A stretch of 64,000 nt of DNA from a bacterium (GTDB lineage: Bacteria > Patescibacteriota > Minisyncoccia > Phycocordibacterales > JAGLPS01). How positions within the stretch are numbered: the stretch's first letter is position 1; each line of letters begins with the position of its first letter. The position numbers and the translations under genes were made by a program. Below are positions 46,875-57,100 of the stretch, piece after piece. Below the pieces are notes generated by a model. The model searched no databases. It was given only the letters and a program-made list of their open reading frames with translations, and was not told the origin of the DNA. Location of the stretch: contig JAUYHB010000024.1 in assembly GCA_030690305.1 (NCBI GenBank), positions 260-64,259 of the forward strand. Reading direction: 5' to 3'.

Positions 46875-47270
46875 TTAGAATTTGAGTTGACGAACAAAGG
46901 AACCGAGTATGTTGTGAATTTTCCCGAAATAAATTTTGAAATAAAGCGGTCTTTCTTCTATGCCTCTGGCTCCCGAGAAAATACGTCCCCCATTTTCAAG
47001 TTCTTGATATTTTACGTGCGGGTTTGTAACGGTCATGTGGCTTCCCATTTTTTTTGCTGTCCGGTATTTTCCGTCGCTGCAAAAGACTTTTTCACTTAAC
47101 ACGAAATCAACGTTGATCTCATTGAGCCGCGCAAGCTCTTCCGACTCATGTTTTTCTTCCTCAATGATGAAATCACGCAGATCTTCAAGCAGACGATTCA
47201 CATCCTCCTGAAGTCTCGTCGCCGGAAGATCTTTTTTGTGCTGTTTTCTTAAAAATGATACTGCGTTCAT
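46875..47270 (-). CDS. Hypothetical protein (cassette type)
   Basis: TTGACA-17-TACTAT promoter; own terminator. Confidence 0.65.
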   Translation of the reverse strand: MNAVSFLRKQHKKDLPATRLQEDVNRLLEDLRDFIIEEEKHESEELARLNEINVDFVLSEKVFCSDGKYRTAKKMGSHMTVTNPHVKYQELENGGRIFSGARGIEERPLYFKIYFGKIHNILGSFVRQLKF

Positions 47271-47373
47271 AGTTTTTGTGTTTAGTTATAAGCACTATTT
47301 GCTTACTCTCAATAGTATCATTCTTTTGACATAATGTCAATGTATTTATATGATAAATGGCTTAGAATATAAG

Positions 47374-47407
47374 AAAAAGCGCGTCAGCCTAAGGCTGACG
47401 CGCTTTT
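47374..47407 (-). terminator. Terminator, GTCAGCC family
   Basis: AAAAGCGCGTCAGCC-taa-GGCTGACGCGCTTTT. Confidence 0.75.
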
Positions 47408-47422
47408 ATTGTTTTGTTTGCC

Positions 47423-48139
47423 TTAAACAGAAACTGATGCCGGTACAGGACCGACAAAATTACGAATTCTTCCCTTTCCGTTTTTTGTATGCCGGGGGAG
47501 AGCGAGTAATTGACGGGCTCTTTTGAACACCGACTCAATTGTTGACAAATTGGTTTGGGTGATACGGAGGTTTCGAATAATGTTTTTTTCCTGTAACTGG
47601 AGGTACTTGATCATGGGTACGGTTTTGCCCTTGAATTCTTTCCACCGTTTCTCGAAAGTGGACGTCGAGTCGTCTTTCCTGTCACCTCTGGTTTTGCCGG
47701 CACGAAGCAGTCTCTCGAGGAAAATTTCCTTTTCCCCGTCAAGAAAGAGATGTGTGACGCCAAAATGTGACCAATAACGTATGAAACTTGCGCGTTGGCC
47801 GTTTGTCCGGGGATAACCGCAAACAATTATCGGTATGCTCTTTGGCGCATAATCACCATTTCTTTCACGAATAATGCGCGTAACTTCTTTTTGGAAGCAC
47901 GTGTCAATAATTTCGTCGGGAAGCAAATGACCCGAATTCATTGCCGTTTTCAGCGCCTCCTGAAGGTGGGGTTCTTTCAAAACGTTCGAAAAACTCGGGT
48001 CGTTTTGAATCGTTTTGCGAAGATAATCGCCCATGTCGATGAAACCAAAACCATATTCGCGGGCGAGCCCTTCCGCAAGGGTGTTTTTGCCCGAACACGG
48101 TCCACCGGTAACCAGGATAAAACGAACGCTTTTCTGCAT
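47423..48139 (-). CDS. Divergent adenylate kinase-family protein
   Basis: GGPCSGKNT, DMGDYLR, GHLLPDE, CGYPRT and DRKDD motifs. Confidence 0.75.
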   Translation of the reverse strand: MQKSVRFILVTGGPCSGKNTLAEGLAREYGFGFIDMGDYLRKTIQNDPSFSNVLKEPHLQEALKTAMNSGHLLPDEIIDTCFQKEVTRIIRERNGDYAPKSIPIIVCGYPRTNGQRASFIRYWSHFGVTHLFLDGEKEIFLERLLRAGKTRGDRKDDSTSTFEKRWKEFKGKTVPMIKYLQLQEKNIIRNLRITQTNLSTIESVFKRARQLLALPRHTKNGKGRIRNFVGPVPASVSV

Positions 48140-48220
48140 TAACTACCTCCTCTGTTTAATAGGTTATAACGAACTTATCCTGGGCGAAAGAGTACCCCAA
48201 AAAACTACAAAGGTCAATAT

Positions 48221-49519
48221 TTAGGGGGCGACAGGAAAAGTCTTTTTGCCTGCATATACGGCCTCATTCCCCAATTCTTCCTCAATTCTTAATAGCCGAT
48301 TGTATTTTGCCACCCGCTCACTTCGGGAAAGAGAGCCTGTTTTAATCTGCCCTGTCCCAAGACCTACCGCAAAATCGGCTATGGTCGTGTCCTCGGTTTC
48401 TCCTGAACGGTGGGAAATGATTGATGTATATCGAGCTTTCCGCGCGATTTCGATAGTGTGTATCGTTTCGGTGACAGTCCCTATTTGATTTAGTTTCACA
48501 AGGATTGAATTTCCAACTCCTTCCGTAATTCCTTTTTCGAGGCGTACGGGATTTGTTACAAACAAGTCGTCACCGACAATCTGCATTTTCCCACCAAGAA
48601 TATCGGTAAGTTTTTTGTATCCATCCCAGTCATCTTCGTACAGGCCATCTTCAAGAGAAATAAGAGGATATTTTTTCTGCCAGTCCACGTACATGGCAAT
48701 CATTTCATCCGTCGTAAGATTTTTCCCTTCGGTTTTGAGGTTATATTTTCCATCGGCATAAAGTTCGTTCGACGCGGCGTCTATGGCAAGAGAGACATCT
48801 TTTCCGGCAACATAACCGGCGCGGTCAATTGATTTTAAAATCACTTCAATGGCAGCCTCGTTTGAAGGCAGAGCGGGCGCGTATCCTCCCTCGTCCCCAA
48901 CCATGACATTGCAATTCATTTCTTCGAGTACTTTCTTCAGTGTATGAAAAATTTCCGAACCGTATCGCAATGCTTCTTTAAACGTCTGCGCCCCGTGCGG
49001 TACTATCATGAATTCTTGAAGATCGGTGGAATTAAGAGCATGTTTTCCGCCGTTTAAAATGTTCATGAGAGGAACGGGAAGAATCATCTTGCCTTTTCCG
49101 CTTATGTCATTGAAATAGCGGTAGAGCGGTTTCTTCTCGCTCTGGGCTGCCGCGTGAGAAAATCCGAGTGATACTCCTAAAATCGCGTTTGCCCCAAGAT
49201 TACTTTTGTTTTCTGTGCCGTCAATTTCAAGCATTGTCTTGTCGAGATTTTCTTGACCAAACTCTTTTCCGACAAGCGAATTACTCAAGGTTGTGTTTAC
49301 GTGCGTAACCGCGTTGGATACCCCTTTACCTTGATACCGTTTTTTGTCTCCATCGCGGAGTTCAACGGCCTCGTGCGTGCCTGTGGAAGCGCCGGAAGGA
49401 ATGGCCGCACGGCCAAATGCGCCGTCTTCAAGAGTAACGTCAACTTCAACAGTAGGATTCCCGCGGGAGTCGAGAACTTCTCTTGCAAAAATGTTTCGTA
49501 TTTTCTTTATCGTTTCCAT
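48221..49519 (-). CDS. eno: Enolase
   Basis: [21 protein letters not shown] and RSERVAKYN motifs. Confidence 0.97.
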   Translation of the reverse strand: METIKKIRNIFAREVLDSRGNPTVEVDVTLEDGAFGRAAIPSGASTGTHEAVELRDGDKKRYQGKGVSNAVTHVNTTLSNSLVGKEFGQENLDKTMLEIDGTENKSNLGANAILGVSLGFSHAAAQSEKKPLYRYFNDISGKGKMILPVPLMNILNGGKHALNSTDLQEFMIVPHGAQTFKEALRYGSEIFHTLKKVLEEMNCNVMVGDEGGYAPALPSNEAAIEVILKSIDRAGYVAGKDVSLAIDAASNELYADGKYNLKTEGKNLTTDEMIAMYVDWQKKYPLISLEDGLYEDDWDGYKKLTDILGGKMQIVGDDLFVTNPVRLEKGITEGVGNSILVKLNQIGTVTETIHTIEIARKARYTSIISHRSGETEDTTIADFAVGLGTGQIKTGSLSRSERVAKYNRLLRIEEELGNEAVYAGKKTFPVAP

Positions 49520-49540
49520 TTGATGAGGACAGTATAGCAA

Positions 49541-49652
49541 AAACCCGCTCTAATTTCCTTTTGCAAAACACGATAAAATCCTACTGGATTTTTCTCTGCT
49601 CGCCTTCTTCAGGCTCCGCAAGATTTTTTAAAAGGAAATTCTCGCTCAAACG
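49541..49652 (-). repeat. Structured dispersed repeat, family A copy 3
   Basis: Reverse complement aligns with 36761-36873. Confidence 0.88.
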
Positions 49653-49715
49653 TCCTGAAGGAAAAGCTAAAGAAAAACAAAAAACCCCGCTTGCGCGGGG
49701 TGTTTTTGTTTATGC

Positions 49716-49973
49716 TTAGCGAGGCTGCATAGGTCGCGCCTCGTTAACCGTGATGGTTCTACCATCCATGTCCTTGCCATTGAGCATGTCAATAGCTTTC
49801 TGTCCGTCTTCGTCGTTTGTCATAGTGACAAATCCGAATCCGCGGGACTTTCCGGTCATACGGTCCATAATGACGTTTGCTGACTCAACTGCTCCGGCCT
49901 GTGAGAAAACTTCTGAAAGTCTCTCATCGGTCGTAGTGTAAGGCAAACCGCCAATATATAACTTCTTCGCCAT
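49716..49973 (-). CDS. RRM RNA-binding protein
   Basis: RNP2 LYIGGL and RNP1 RGFGFVTM. Confidence 0.92.
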   Translation of the reverse strand: MAKKLYIGGLPYTTTDERLSEVFSQAGAVESANVIMDRMTGKSRGFGFVTMTNDEDGQKAIDMLNGKDMDGRTITVNEARPMQPR

Positions 49974-50106
49974 TTGTTTCCGATGTACGTTAACTGAATA
50001 ATTGCATCGCACACGAACCCCTACCAATGGCGAGTTAAAACCCTAGACCCACTGGAGATTTACGATACAAGAAGGGATTATACAAGAAATGAAGAAAAAA
50101 GCAAGC

Positions 50107-50880
50107 CTACAAGAGCGCATTGTCGATAGCGTATTCTCCGACACGCGTCCGAGTAAGAGAAAGAATAGTGCCCCCACAAGCCAGATTTTGGCCAAGTAAG
50201 TGAACAAGTCCGCGTATATACGTGCCCGAAGTGACTGAAAAAAAGACCGATGTTGTCCTGAATGTCTCCCCTTCTTTTCCCGCAAGTGTTTTGCGCCACT
50301 CCCGCACAATATCGTCCTGGCGAAAATTACCTGAAATTTTGGAAATTTTTTCTTCAATGGCCGAAAGAAGAACCTTACCGTGCATCGCGTTGTGAGAAAC
50401 CACGTATGCGTTTTCCACGTGAATATCTTTGAGAGGAATTTCAATTTCGTTTATTTTTCCTTCACGGGCCCATTGAAACAGTGGTTTACCGAGAACCGGC
50501 TTGGAAGAGTAGGCTGGAAAGTGCTGGTGAGTTTCGTCGTGAAGTTTTTTCACTTCTTCTTCGACAAGAACATCAAATGTTTCGGGAAAGGAAAACGGCG
50601 TGCTGCGCATTATTCCGAGAATGTCGTATGTGTCGGTTGAAAAACCCCACAGGATTTCACATACATAGTCTTTGGTAAAAGAAAGATATTGCGCACGTTT
50701 TTTATTTTCTTCATCAACAAGCACGAGAAGCACCCCCTCGGCCATTGGGTCAAGACGTCCCGCATAACTCAATGTCGCATCCGCATACAGCGGATTTTCT
50801 TTTTTAAAACGCTCAAGACGTTCTTTGGGCGTTTCCCCAATACGTTTGTATAGATTGATGATTCCTTGTTTCTCCTTCAT
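50107..50880 (-). CDS. truB: tRNA pseudouridine synthase, TruB-like
   Basis: YAGRLDPMAEGVL, STDTYD and SGTYIRGL motifs. Confidence 0.8.
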   Translation of the reverse strand: MKEKQGIINLYKRIGETPKERLERFKKENPLYADATLSYAGRLDPMAEGVLLVLVDEENKKRAQYLSFTKDYVCEILWGFSTDTYDILGIMRSTPFSFPETFDVLVEEEVKKLHDETHQHFPAYSSKPVLGKPLFQWAREGKINEIEIPLKDIHVENAYVVSHNAMHGKVLLSAIEEKISKISGNFRQDDIVREWRKTLAGKEGETFRTTSVFFSVTSGTYIRGLVHLLGQNLACGGTILSLTRTRVGEYAIDNALL

Positions 50881-50904
50881 CTTTTGGCTACAATAGTACC
50901 TATC

Positions 50905-51891
50905 ATGGAAGAAAAGGCAAAGAAGCTTTCAACTGAGAGCTACAAAGGTGTGCGGGATTTTTATCCCGAAGACATGGCTGTTCAAAATTATATTTTCTCG
51001 ACATGGAGAAAAATAGTTGAGGAAGCCGGGTATCAAGAGTATGAAGCATCCATACTTGAATATGCCGACCTCTATCGAAGTAAAGGAAACGACGAAATTG
51101 TTAATGACCAGATGTATCTGTTCAAGGATAAAGGCGACCGTGAAGTTGCCCTTCGTCCAGAAATGACACCTTCGCTTGCCCGCATGATTGCGGCAAAGCG
51201 CAGAGGTCTCAAGCTCCCCCTCCGTTGGTATTCAATCCCAAACGTTTTTCGTTACGAACGTCCTCAACGCGGACGCAAGCGCGAACACTGGCAGCTCAAC
51301 TGTGACCTTATAGGTGTTCCTGGAATTGAGGGAGATGTAGAGATTATTTCTCTTGCTCATAAAACTATGCGAGAGTTCGGAGCAAAAGATGAAGATTTCA
51401 TTATACGAGTGAATGACCGGAAACTCTTTGACGAAATTTTTGAAGAGATTGGCGGTTGTTCATCGAGTACGAGAAAAGAAGTTATACGCCTTGTGGATGC
51501 TCAAGAAAAAATTGATAACTTTAAAGACGAACTTACCCGTAACTTGGGAGAAGAGAAAAAAGAAAGATTTCTAGAACTTTTGAATGGGAAGAAAACAACA
51601 AAAAATCTTGATAACTTAAAAAACGAGCTCAATTCAAGAGGGATTAATAATGTGGTTATTGATACAAACATTGCTCGGGGTTTTGATTACTACACGGGTA
51701 TTGTCTTTGAAGCTTTTGACACAAACACGGAAAATCGTCGTTCTCTTTTTGGTGGTGGACGATATGATAATTTGCTTGAGATGTTCGGTGTAGAACCTGT
51801 AGCAATCGTTGGTTTCGGTATAGGAGATGTTACTGTTCGCGATTTTCTGGAAAGCCACAACCTCCCGCTTACTATTTCTAAAAAGTTATAA
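50905..51891 (+). CDS. hisS: Histidine--tRNA ligase, catalytic domain only
   Basis: LRPEMT, FRYERPQRGRKREHWQ, RGFDYYTG and GGGRYD motifs. Confidence 0.88.
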   Translation: MEEKAKKLSTESYKGVRDFYPEDMAVQNYIFSTWRKIVEEAGYQEYEASILEYADLYRSKGNDEIVNDQMYLFKDKGDREVALRPEMTPSLARMIAAKRRGLKLPLRWYSIPNVFRYERPQRGRKREHWQLNCDLIGVPGIEGDVEIISLAHKTMREFGAKDEDFIIRVNDRKLFDEIFEEIGGCSSSTRKEVIRLVDAQEKIDNFKDELTRNLGEEKKERFLELLNGKKTTKNLDNLKNELNSRGINNVVIDTNIARGFDYYTGIVFEAFDTNTENRRSLFGGGRYDNLLEMFGVEPVAIVGFGIGDVTVRDFLESHNLPLTISKKL

Positions 51892-51908
51892 TTTCTAGAA
51901 ACTCCAGT

Positions 51909-52481
51909 ATGCGAAAAATAGTTTTTGATGTTGAAACCGCGAATCTCTTTCAAGACGTGGGTACGAATAATCCTGCCGATTTGACCATTTCTCTTCTTGC
52001 CATTTACGACTACACGGAAGACAAGTATTCATCATTTTTGGAAAACGAACTTTCGCAGTTGTGGCCTATTCTCTCAAAAGCTGACATTCTTATCGGCTAT
52101 AACTCGGACCACTTCGACATCCCCCTTCTCAATAAATATTACCCCGGCAATCTGGCAAAAATTAAAAGTGTTGATTTGCTGAGAGAGATTAAAAACAGTA
52201 TTGGCAAGCGCGTACGCCTTGACCAGGTGGCGCAAGGAACTCTCGGTGTTTCTAAATCCGGACACGGCCTCCAGGCCCTTGAATGGTGGAAAAAGGGCGA
52301 GATAGAAAAAGTGAAAGCATATTGCATCGATGACGTAAAGATCACAAAAGATCTGTACGAGTATGCGCTTAAAAATAGCAAACTTTTCTATAAAGAAGGC
52401 CCTGCCAAACTTGAAATAAAACTTGATACCAGGCTTTGGGAAGAAGTCAAAGAAACCGCTTTCACCCAATCACTTTTCTAA
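51909..52481 (+). CDS. RNase H-like (DEDD/YprB-type) exonuclease domain protein
   Basis: FDVET, GYNSDHFD and YCIDDV motifs. Confidence 0.8.
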   Translation: MRKIVFDVETANLFQDVGTNNPADLTISLLAIYDYTEDKYSSFLENELSQLWPILSKADILIGYNSDHFDIPLLNKYYPGNLAKIKSVDLLREIKNSIGKRVRLDQVAQGTLGVSKSGHGLQALEWWKKGEIEKVKAYCIDDVKITKDLYEYALKNSKLFYKEGPAKLEIKLDTRLWEEVKETAFTQSLF

Positions 52482-52497
52482 AGAAAGTGGCGGCCTG

Positions 52498-53265
52498 TCA
52501 AAAAATAATAAACCAAAAAAGAAGCGCTACCAAAATGCGGTATATGCCGAATGGGACAAAGTCGTGTTTTTGAACAAATCCGAGGAAAAATTTGATACTT
52601 GCCATGGCAACCAAAAATGCCGAGAAAAAACCCACGGCAAGTATCCCCGCCTCGTTTAAGGAAAAAGTGGAAGCATTTTTGTACAGATCAAGCCCGCTTG
52701 CGGCAAGCATCGTGGGCACGGCAAGCAGGAAGGAAAACTCAACGATTGTTTTTCTTTTGAGCCCCAAAAGCAATCCTCCCAGAATTGTCGCAGCCGAACG
52801 CGAGACTCCGGGAATAAGCGCCACGGACTGGAACAGCCCGACAAAAAACGACTGGGAATAAGAGATGGAATGCACGTCTTCGGTTGCGGTGTCTTTTTCC
52901 TTATGGAGAAGTTCAAAAACAATAAGAACAATACCACCGATAAAAAGCGCCCAAAGAACAATGGCGTTATTCCCCAAGAAATATGTTTTCACAACGCGGT
53001 ACAGGGTAAATCCAACAAGCGCCGTCGGGAGAAACGCGACAACAAGTTTCTTTATGATGGTAAGGTTAAGAAACGATTTCCAATAGAGAACGATAACCGA
53101 AGCGATGGCCCCGAGTTGAATGATTATTTCAAAACTTTTAAGGAAATCCGTTTGGGCCAAATGTGAAATTTGACTCACGAGGATTAAATGCCCCGTCGAG
53201 GATACCGGTAAAAATTCGGTAATGCCCTCAACTATGCCGAGCAAAATCGCTTGGATAACGGTCAT
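52498..53265 (-). CDS. uppP: Undecaprenyl-diphosphate phosphatase
   Basis: EGITEFLPVSSTGH and PGVSRSAAT motifs. Confidence 0.95.
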   Translation of the reverse strand: MTVIQAILLGIVEGITEFLPVSSTGHLILVSQISHLAQTDFLKSFEIIIQLGAIASVIVLYWKSFLNLTIIKKLVVAFLPTALVGFTLYRVVKTYFLGNNAIVLWALFIGGIVLIVFELLHKEKDTATEDVHSISYSQSFFVGLFQSVALIPGVSRSAATILGGLLLGLKRKTIVEFSFLLAVPTMLAASGLDLYKNASTFSLNEAGILAVGFFSAFLVAMASIKFFLGFVQKHDFVPFGIYRILVALLFWFIIF

Positions 53266-53363
53266 TACAGTATTATCACAGAAAATCTGCGCTTCCGTAA
53301 GTCCTGCTAATTTGGAATGGCTGTGGTAAAATGAGGCTCATTAACAAATCACAGTCTATTACC

Positions 53364-54164
53364 ATGGATACTACGCAGAACAAATGGACAGTCCCCTTTG
53401 CTATTGTCGTTGCCGGAGCCCTTATCGCGGGAGCGATTTATTTTTCAAATAAAAGTACTTCCCAAACACAACAGCAGCCACAAACGGGCACTCCACAGAA
53501 AGTGACAATTACTCTTGAGCCCGTAAGCGCAACCGAGCATATTTTAGGCAATCCTGCTGCCGCAATTACCGTGGTTGAATTCTCCGACACCGAATGCCCG
53601 TTCTGCAAGCAATTTCACACAACAATGCACCAAGTAGTCGATGAATATGGGAAGGACGGTTCCCTTGCCTGGGTATATCGACATTTCCCCATTCCCGAGC
53701 TTCACCCGAAGGCCGCCAAAGAATCGGAAGCGCTTGAGTGCGCGGCTGAACTGGGCGGAAATGAGAAGTTTTGGGCATATACCGATAGAATTTATGAGAT
53801 CACCCCTTCAAACAACCAGCTTGATGCCGCGCAACTTCCCATTATCGCAAAAGAGGTAGGTCTTGATGTAACCGCGTTCAATAATTGCCTTTCAAGCGGG
53901 AAATACGCCGCAACGGTTGAAGCCGACAAACAGGAAGCGGTGAAAGCGGGAGGCCGTGGCACCCCGTTCTCCGTTATCATATTAAAGAAAAAACTAACCG
54001 ACGATGCCGAGGGGGTCATAGGCCAACTTGCGGCGCAACTGCGGGCGCAGACGGGAACGGACGCAATATTGATTTCTCAGGACAAAACAAAAGTTGCCAT
54101 AAGTGGAGCATTTCCTTACAGCTTCCTCAAGGGTATTTTTGATCTCATTCTCGGACGTCCCTAG
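53364..54164 (+). CDS. DsbA family thiol-disulfide oxidoreductase
   Basis: TM anchor; FSDTECPFC, YRHFP and GTP motifs. Confidence 0.9.
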   Translation: MDTTQNKWTVPFAIVVAGALIAGAIYFSNKSTSQTQQQPQTGTPQKVTITLEPVSATEHILGNPAAAITVVEFSDTECPFCKQFHTTMHQVVDEYGKDGSLAWVYRHFPIPELHPKAAKESEALECAAELGGNEKFWAYTDRIYEITPSNNQLDAAQLPIIAKEVGLDVTAFNNCLSSGKYAATVEADKQEAVKAGGRGTPFSVIILKKKLTDDAEGVIGQLAAQLRAQTGTDAILISQDKTKVAISGAFPYSFLKGIFDLILGRP

Positions 54165-57100
54165 ATATTCCCTTTCAAAATATCATCCTCAAACGCGATA
54201 ATTCCGGAAAGATTTTTTTCGTATTTTTCAACAGATGGAAACTCCAGGGCCAGAATTTTTTTGTATACGGCAACAATAAGGGCGACCATCCGCGACGTTT
54301 CTTTTTCCGAAAGAGACAAAGAAAGGCTTGCGAGCTTTCCCCCTTTTGGTTCAATAAATTGGAGTATTCCTTCGGTGACTTCAAAGTCACTGAAATCTTT
54401 TGAGTGTTCCAGGAGAATCTTGTAAAAAATAAGCTGCTCGGCATACTGGTGCAGTTTGACTTTATCGTACACTCCGGAAGCTTTCCACGAAAAACAAGGA
54501 GCGCCTGTTTTCCAGTCATAGACCTTCATGCGTCCGTGAGCAAGTTTTTCCAACTTGTCGATTTTTCCGGAAAGCGGCACGCCCGAAATGACAACGTTTT
54601 GGCGCGAAAAATTGACTTCGACAAGCTGCTCGGCACTCCAGTTTTTTTTCTGCGACTCGTAAAATGCCGTAAGGCTTTTGATTCCTCTCTTGAGTTCACG
54701 CGCGTAATCCGCTTGGCTAAGACGCTCTTCCTGAAGAGACGTTTCAAAAAAACCAAGAGCCCTTGTGCGCGTGGGGAGCGTCCCCGTTTTTTTCAGCGCC
54801 CGGTGGGACAATTCAAGCGCTTTGTGCACTGCCGACCCGAATGACGCACTTGCCGATTTTGCCCGGGGAAAACGAAGAAGGTTTTGCTCAAGGAACAGCT
54901 GAGGGCCACCGTGAATAACATTTAGGTAATTGTTGAGATGGGTCACGCTCATCTTATAATCGTCCAGGAGAGGCAGAAGTAGGGCCTTTTCATCGGATAC
55001 AAAAGGGGGAGCATAGAATGGAAGCGTAATGGGTACAACGTCTTTCTCCCCTCTTCCCGCTTCCGGATTAACAGAAAATTGCGCGGAAAGAATGTCGGAT
55101 ATTTTTTTGTTTAAATGTGTTTTGTCGGAAACAAGAAAAGAAAGCTTTGACATCGCCCTTCCGTTTTCTCCGACAGCGTGGCAAGAAAGGTAGAGTGTGT
55201 GTTTTGCCCGGGTAATCGCCACAAAAAAGAGCCTCATGTGGTCGTCTTTTGTGTCGTTGCCCGGCGCAATGGGAAGGTTGGCGGGAAAAGAAATTTTGCT
55301 TATTGTTCCACGCCCGGTCCACACTTCGTTTTGGCAGTGGAGAACAAACACTACCGGAAATTCCAATCCTTTCGCTTTGTGCGCGGTAAGTAAGGACACT
55401 GCGGGACGTCCGGTCAAAAACGCCCCCTCGTCGGCAAGGATAATTTCATTTTTCTCATGAGTGTCAACAAAGTCGATAAGATCGTCAATGCGCAACATTC
55501 TCCCCTGTTTATATTCTCGGAGCGCTTGAACAAAAACCCGCAGCGCCGAGAGAAAGACAAGGTATTCCGCGCGCGCGGTATTAAATTTTGTCTTCCCGAA
55601 ATAATATTCTTTGAAGGGACTGACAAATACCCTCTTTGAAGGAAGGGCGGCTGTCTCATTTTCGGAAAGCATCTCCAAAGACACGTGCGTACCAATAATG
55701 TCGTCGAGAATGTATTCAAGCGGCTCGTTGAGGGAACGGATTGAGAGGGAGACGAGAAAAGAAGCAAGTATCTTTATACGCCGATTTTTTGATTTTTCCA
55801 TTATTGCGAGCCATGGTTTTCTCGTACGTGAAGCTTCCAAAGAAATTTCCCAAATCGCCCTTCTTTCAATACCCCAAAACGGGTAGCTGAGAATTTCCGG
55901 CAGTAAGTTGTCCGCCTCTTCCCTGTCTTTCCTTCCGAGGGTGACAAGAAACCGGGCGATGCCGATAATTTCCACGATATGTTTATCGCGCAATACATTT
56001 TGCTGACGCTCGTAATTTACGGCAATTTTTTTGCGGTACAAGTACGGCACGATTTTTTCAAGAAACTGGTGCTTCCTGCCGATAACAGCTATGGACGAGG
56101 GGGCCGTACCGTTTTTTATCAATCGTTCGATTTCATCGGCAACAAACGCATATTCATCGTCACTACGGATAAAATTCCGAAACACCACATCCCCCTTTTT
56201 TTCTTTGCCTACGGAAATAAGAGTCTTTTTGATTTCAGGAAAGCGGTGTTCAAGTCTGTTTTCCCCCTTTTTTGCGACATGGAGCGCTAGGTCAACAACA
56301 TCTTTTGTTGAGCGATAATTAGACGCAAGCGTGACAATTTTTGGCTTAATATAGCGTTCTTTAAAAGTGAGGATATTCCCGACTTCCGCCCCTTGAAATT
56401 TGTATATGGCCTGGTCGTCATCACCGACAACCATAAGATTGGGACGACCTTCGTTGACAGGATGATTCGTCAGAACTTCAAGGAGACTCATCTGAGCGTC
56501 ATTCGTGTCCTGGAACTCATCAACAAGAACATAGTGATACCGTTCCTGAAAATCAAGACGGACAGATGTTTTCCCTTTAAGAAGAGCAATAACCTGAAGA
56601 AGCATGTCGTCAAAATCATAAAATCCCTGCGTATGCATCTTACTTTCATACGCCTCATATATTGAAGCGAGAGAAAAAAGTTTTGGAAGAGAAAGCGAGT
56701 CTTTGAGGGCGGGATTCCCCTTCTCGTCTTTTGAAAACCATTTTTCCTTCCATGCGGTAAGCGATTTTGTGCTGCCGGTTTCTTTGGCATCGTTAATAGC
56801 CAAGGAGAGCGCCTCAAACAGGAAAAAAGAGACAGGCCGGACAGGTGTTTTCAAATCAATATTTTTTTTGATGTGGGCACAGATTTTTTCCAAAGACCGG
56901 ATTTCTTTTTTATGCATGCGCTTTGAAAACGCGGGAGAAAGAATTTTTGAAAGAGAGGTAAGTTCCTTTTCGTTTCGTTTCAGTAATGAACGGAAGTCCG
57001 CCGGGGATAGCCCGGCTTTTTTGAGTTGTCCGATGGCTGTATGGACATCCTTAAGGTACACGTATCCCTGTTCGGGATGAGTTTTTCTTAACGGGTCATC

